A DNA stretch of 64,000 nt. It comes from Alphaproteobacteria bacterium. Its GTDB lineage: Bacteria > Pseudomonadota > Alphaproteobacteria > SMXQ01. Numbering within the stretch: the stretch's first letter is position 1; the number at the start of each line of letters is the position of its first letter. This document shows positions 60,126 to 64,000 of this stretch, piece by piece. The stretch is taken from positions 2,722 to 66,721 of the forward strand of contig JAURLI010000011.1 in assembly GCA_030831315.1 (NCBI GenBank), in the 5' to 3' direction. A program made the translations under genes and the position numbers. A model generated the notes under the pieces. That model made no database searches, was not told where the DNA came from, and saw nothing but the letters and a program-made list of their open reading frames with translations.

Positions 60126-60865
60126 TTGTTCTCTCCAGCGGCAAGGTCGACCAGCGCCTTGCGTTCCCGTTTGGCCACGACACTGCGCGCGATCAGTTTG
60201 CCCGCAACCACCACCGACACGGCGCCGAGCGCCGCCGCGGCGGTTTCCAGCCAGTGGCCATGCCTGTCGATCAGACCCTTGCTCCAGCCCGCGATGGCGG
60301 GATCGCTGATCCAGATTTCGCCCGCGATCCAGCCGATCAGGCCGGCGCCGAGCGCGACGAAGATCGGATAGCGGATCAGGATCTTCAGGATCAGCGTGCT
60401 GCCGTAGATGATCAACGGCACGCTGATGGCAAGCCCGACGCCGATCAACACGATATCACCCTTTGCCGCGGCGACGATGGCGATCACGTTGTCGAGGCTC
60501 ATCACCGCATCGGCGACGACGATGGTCTTGATCGCGGCCCATATGCCGGCGGCGGCACCGTTGCCGTTTTCGTTCTCGCCGTTTTCCTCGTGCTCGGGGA
60601 CCAGCATCTTCACGCCGATCCAGACCAGCAGCACGGCGCCGATGATCTTGAGATAGGGGATTGCCATCAGCTCGACGATGAAGAAACAGAAGATCAGGCG
60701 CAGCACCACGGCGCCGCCGGCGCCCAGCCAGATCGCCTTGCTGCGCAGGTGGACCGGCAGCGAGCGCGAGGCCAGCGCGATCACCACCGCGTTGTCGCCC
60801 GACAGCACGATGTTGACGCCGAGGATCTTGATAAGCCCTTCCCAGAATTCAGGCGAGGTCAGCAT
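60122..60865 (-). CDS. TerC family (YjbE-type) membrane protein
   Basis: LSGDNAVVIA, ADAVMSLDNV. Confidence 0.93.
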   Translation of the reverse strand: MLTSPEFWEGLIKILGVNIVLSGDNAVVIALASRSLPVHLRSKAIWLGAGGAVVLRLIFCFFIVELMAIPYLKIIGAVLLVWIGVKMLVPEHEENGENENGNGAAAGIWAAIKTIVVADAVMSLDNVIAIVAAAKGDIVLIGVGLAISVPLIIYGSTLILKILIRYPIFVALGAGLIGWIAGEIWISDPAIAGWSKGLIDRHGHWLETAAAALGAVSVVVAGKLIARSVVAKRERKALVDLAAGENK

Positions 60866-60987
60866 TTTCGTTTAAACCCGTGGGTATAAGTACGTGGTGC
60901 CGGGGAAGCTATGACGCCTCAGGCCCGGCTGTCCAGCGAAAGCGGTTCGCAACGGGGGGTTCGGGAAATATGGAAAGGGTGGGCCGC

Positions 60988-61851
60988 TCAGCGGCGCTCG
61001 CCCGCTTCCTTTTCTAGCTTTTCGATATTGCCGCGCAGGCTTTCGAGCCAGGGCGCATCTGGCGGCGACGTGCGCTCCAGCTCGCGCCAGAGTGCCAGCG
61101 CACCCGCCCGGTCGCCCGCCTGAGCGAGCGCGAGGCCCCGGTAGAACCGCGCCCCGGGATTGGCGGGCTCTGCCGCCAGCGCGGCATCGAAAGCGGCGCG
61201 CGCGGTGGGAGTTATGGTGCCGTTCTCGGCCGCCAGCCACGCCTCGCCATAGGCAATGGCGATGGTCGCGCGGCTCTTCGGGTCCTTGGCCTTGGCGAGC
61301 AGCGAGCGGAACAGCGCTTCCGCCTCGCCTGCGCGATCAAGCCGGCGGTAAAGCCGGACCAGAAGCGCCCAGCCCTGCGCCTCGTCCGGGCTTTCGGCGA
61401 GGCGCGCCTCGATCATCTTGCCCATGGCGGCAAGGGTTTCGGGCCCGGGCATCTTTGCAGCGGGTGTTGCCGGGCGTTCGGCGAAGGGCAGACCGGGCAG
61501 GCCGGGCGCGCCGGTGAACAGGTACACCGCGCCCGACAGGGCGGGCAGGGCGACGATCAGCGCCAGCGCCACGGCACGCAAGCCGCGGCTTGCCGGTTGC
61601 GGGGTGGCGGCCGCATCGCCATCGAGGACGGAAAGCGCGCGGCGTTCGATCTCGGCACGGGCGGCAGCGGCTTCTTCTGTCCCGATCAGTCCGCGTTCGG
61701 CGTCACGTTCGATCTCGGCCAATTGGTCGCGGTATATGGCGCGATCGAAATCGGCACGCGACGGTGCCGCGCCGACACGACGCAACAGGGGCCAGCCGAG
61801 TGCGACCGCCGCAGCGCCCGCCATGAGGGCGAGGATCGAGGCAAGGATCAT
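60988..61851 (-). CDS. ccmI: Cytochrome c biogenesis protein CcmI/CycH
   Basis: YRDQLAEIERD, two TMs, TPRs, APW. Confidence 0.88.
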   Translation of the reverse strand: MILASILALMAGAAAVALGWPLLRRVGAAPSRADFDRAIYRDQLAEIERDAERGLIGTEEAAAARAEIERRALSVLDGDAAATPQPASRGLRAVALALIVALPALSGAVYLFTGAPGLPGLPFAERPATPAAKMPGPETLAAMGKMIEARLAESPDEAQGWALLVRLYRRLDRAGEAEALFRSLLAKAKDPKSRATIAIAYGEAWLAAENGTITPTARAAFDAALAAEPANPGARFYRGLALAQAGDRAGALALWRELERTSPPDAPWLESLRGNIEKLEKEAGERR

Positions 61852-62330
61852 GTGCGCGGCCTCTCGTCGTCTGCGAGCAGTCGGGCAAGGCGCGCGCGTT
61901 CCGCATCATCAAGGGCGGCGGGCGCAGGGCGCGCGCGGCGGCGCGCGCGCAGGGCGATGACGCCGCCGCCAACGACCAGGAGCGCAAAGGGCGCGGCCCA
62001 TAATGCGACGGTGCTGGATTTGAGCGGCGGCTTCAGCAGGACGAAATCGCCGTACCGCTGGGTAAGGAAACGCAGCACCTGTTCGTTGCTATCGCCCGCC
62101 TTGATGCGTTCGCGCACCAGCACGCGCAGGTCGCGGGCAAGGTCAGCATCGGAATCGTCGATCGACTGGTTCTGGCAGACGAGGCAGCGCAACTGGCGAA
62201 ACAATTCACGCGCGCGGGCTTCCTGTGCGGGGTCGGCAAGCGCTTCGTTCGAGCCGATGGCGAATGCGGGCATCTGGGCCGCATTGAACGCCGCGAAAAG
62301 TGATGCCGCGAAAAGAAGGGCGCGCATCAT
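61848..62330 (-). CDS. ccmH: Cytochrome c biogenesis protein CcmH/CycL
   Basis: LRCLVCQNQS, RYGDFVLLKP. Confidence 0.93.
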   Translation of the reverse strand: MMRALLFAASLFAAFNAAQMPAFAIGSNEALADPAQEARARELFRQLRCLVCQNQSIDDSDADLARDLRVLVRERIKAGDSNEQVLRFLTQRYGDFVLLKPPLKSSTVALWAAPFALLVVGGGVIALRARRRARPAPAALDDAERARLARLLADDERPRT

Positions 62331-62884
62331 TTGCCGCCGCCTTCGCGCAGCAGCCGCTCGATCACGGGGGCGATCCGGTCGGGGTATTCGCTGGCATGAA
62401 TGGGGCCCACGTGCTTGTGGCGGATGATGCCGCGCGCATCGATGATGAAAGTCTCGGGTACGCCGTAGACGCCGAAGTCGATGGCCGCGCGGCCCTGGCG
62501 GTCGGAAGCGACGACGGCAAACGGGTTGCCGAGCTCCGCCAGCCATTTCTTCGCATCCTCGGGCTTGTCCTTGTAGTTCAGCCCGACGATGCGCAGGCGC
62601 TTGTCGGCGGCCATGCGCATCAGGACCGGATGCTCCACCCGGCAGGGAAGGCACCACGATGCAAAGACGTTGAACACGGTGACGGCGCCTTTCAGGTCGG
62701 CCTCCGTCACGGAACCGTTGCCGTCCAGGCGCGGCAGCGAAAACGCGGGGACCGGCTTGCCGACGAGCGGCGAAGGCACGGCGCCCGGATCGCGGGTCTT
62801 GTCGGCGAGCAGCATGAAGAAGATCGCGCCGAGAATGATCAGTGCCGAAACCGGAAGAATGAACAAGAGACGGCGCATGGTCAT
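62327..62884 (-). CDS. ccmG: Thiol:disulfide oxidoreductase CcmG/DsbE
   Basis: ASWCLPC, NYKD, GVYGVPETF. Confidence 0.93.
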   Translation of the reverse strand: MTMRRLLFILPVSALIILGAIFFMLLADKTRDPGAVPSPLVGKPVPAFSLPRLDGNGSVTEADLKGAVTVFNVFASWCLPCRVEHPVLMRMAADKRLRIVGLNYKDKPEDAKKWLAELGNPFAVVASDRQGRAAIDFGVYGVPETFIIDARGIIRHKHVGPIHASEYPDRIAPVIERLLREGGGK

Positions 62885-64000
62885 GCGGCTCCGGCTGCGG
62901 GCGTTTCGGCGCTGCGGGTCTTGCGCGCAGGTGCGCCGACACGATGACGCCGGTCGGCAAGCGAAATCAGCCCGCCCACCACCATGATCACGGCGCCGAT
63001 CCAGATCCAGGGCACCAGCGGATTGTGATAGAGGCGCACCGTCCAGCCCGCCTTCCCGCCTTCCCCCGCCTTGGGCGCGACCGGATCGCCGATGACGGCG
63101 TAGATATCGGCCAGCCACGTCGTGTGGATCGCCGCTTCGGTCGTCGTCTGTGGCGGCGTGACGAAAGCGCGTTTTTCCGGGCGCAGCACGGTCACGACAT
63201 TGCCCTTGCGGGTGACGCTCATGGCGGCGCGCTCGGCGGTGTAATTGGGGCCGGGGACCTTTTCAACGCGATCGAGGGTGACGCGGTATCCGGCGAGATC
63301 GACGCCATCGCCCGGCGCCATCACCAGCACGCGTTCGCTCTGCCATGCGGCCGAGGCGGTAATGCCCAACACGATCACCGCCATTGATACGTGCGCCACG
63401 GTCATGCCGATGGCGGCGGGCGGCAAATGCGCGAGACGCCGCAGGCTTTCGCGCAACGGAATGCGGAACAGGCGGATGCGTTCGGCCAGTTCACTCAACG
63501 CGCCCATGAACAGCCAGCACGCGAGCCCGACGCCCAGCACCGCCATCAGCGGCCCATCGTTGAGCAGGATGGCCCCGCAGATGACGATGCCCGTGACAAT
63601 GGCGGCAATGCGCAGGCGGGCGAGCACGCCGGGCAGGTCGCCGCGCTTCCAGGCCAGCATCGGGCCGATGCCCATGGCAACGATCAGCGGCGCCATGATC
63701 GGAACGAAGGTCAGGTTGTAATAGGGCGCGCCGACGGAAACCTTGCCCGCGTCCAGCGCTTCGAGCAGCAGCGGATAAAGCGTGCCGAGCAGCACCGTCG
63801 CCGTCGCGGTGGCGAGCAGCAGGTTGTTGAGCACAAGGCCGCCTTCGCGCGAAATCGGCGCGAACACCCCGCCGGTGCGCAAACCCGGCGCGCGCCACGC
63901 ATAGAGACCAAGACTGCCCACCGCGGCGATCAGCAGCAGCGCCAGAATGAACAGGCCGCGGCCCGGATCGGTGGCGAAGGTATGCACGGAGGTCAGCACG
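62881..64000 (-). CDS. ccmF: Heme lyase CcmF (3' part; starts beyond the window)
   Basis: SVHTFA.DP.RG, GTLYPL, SVGAPYY, GPNY, TTEAAI, P.VPWIW. Confidence 0.95.
   Translation of the reverse strand, partial: VLTSVHTFATDPGRGLFILALLLIAAVGSLGLYAWRAPGLRTGGVFAPISREGGLVLNNLLLATATATVLLGTLYPLLLEALDAGKVSVGAPYYNLTFVPIMAPLIVAMGIGPMLAWKRGDLPGVLARLRIAAIVTGIVICGAILLNDGPLMAVLGVGLACWLFMGALSELAERIRLFRIPLRESLRRLAHLPPAAIGMTVAHVSMAVIVLGITASAAWQSERVLVMAPGDGVDLAGYRVTLDRVEKVPGPNYTAERAAMSVTRKGNVVTVLRPEKRAFVTPPQTTTEAAIHTTWLADIYAVIGDPVAPKAGEGGKAGWTVRLYHNPLVPWIWIGAVIMVVGGLISLADRRHRVGAPARKTRSAETPAAGAA

Noticed and set aside
60866-60987. yybP-ykoY Mn riboswitch upstream of TerC
   Set aside because: No recognisable conserved core on the sense strand and little room after the putative promoter; an Infernal search with the Rfam model would settle it
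61848-62960. 370-aa ORF suggesting a CcmG-CcmH fusion
   Set aside because: The extension is off-frame over ccmG; ccmH has its own ATG at 62330 overlapping the ccmG stop

Overview
High-GC alphaproteobacterial chromosomal segment (Rhodospirillales-like by gene order and protein style; inferred) made almost entirely of core and housekeeping genes: about 68 CDSs and 2 tRNAs (Thr-CGT, Ala-CGC). I saw no integrase, transposase, prophage or CRISPR array. Main blocks: htpX-rsmB-rpe-heparinase-glycosyltransferase-capD-like; acs; a large chemoreceptor; tsaD-(2OG-Fe oxygenase)-gpsA-yciI-EVE, divergent from hemC-hemD/Mic60-hemY; a PepSY-RR-HK two-component locus; cNMP-EAL; CDF-SCO-PCuAC; ybbAP/tesA; a Lon-like protease; rlmN; an OmpA-family gene; TAXI-TRAP; argG; folD; TerC-USP; ccmF-G-H-I. 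No clearly new large system is proven. Best leads: (1) a 2OG-Fe(II) oxygenase inside the tsaD...EVE operon; (2) an accessory block between DUF1674 and acs with a nuclease carrying a LexA-like box, a flavocytochrome, an unannotated 21-aa membrane peptide and a Met-less cytochrome c; (3) a chemoreceptor with two tandem Aer2-like PAS domains that appear to lack the heme-ligating His; (4) a HemD-alphaMic60 fusion retaining an internal start; (5) a four-box operator array with 11-bp period. All family calls come from motif recognition by eye, not database searches, and several start codons are best guesses.
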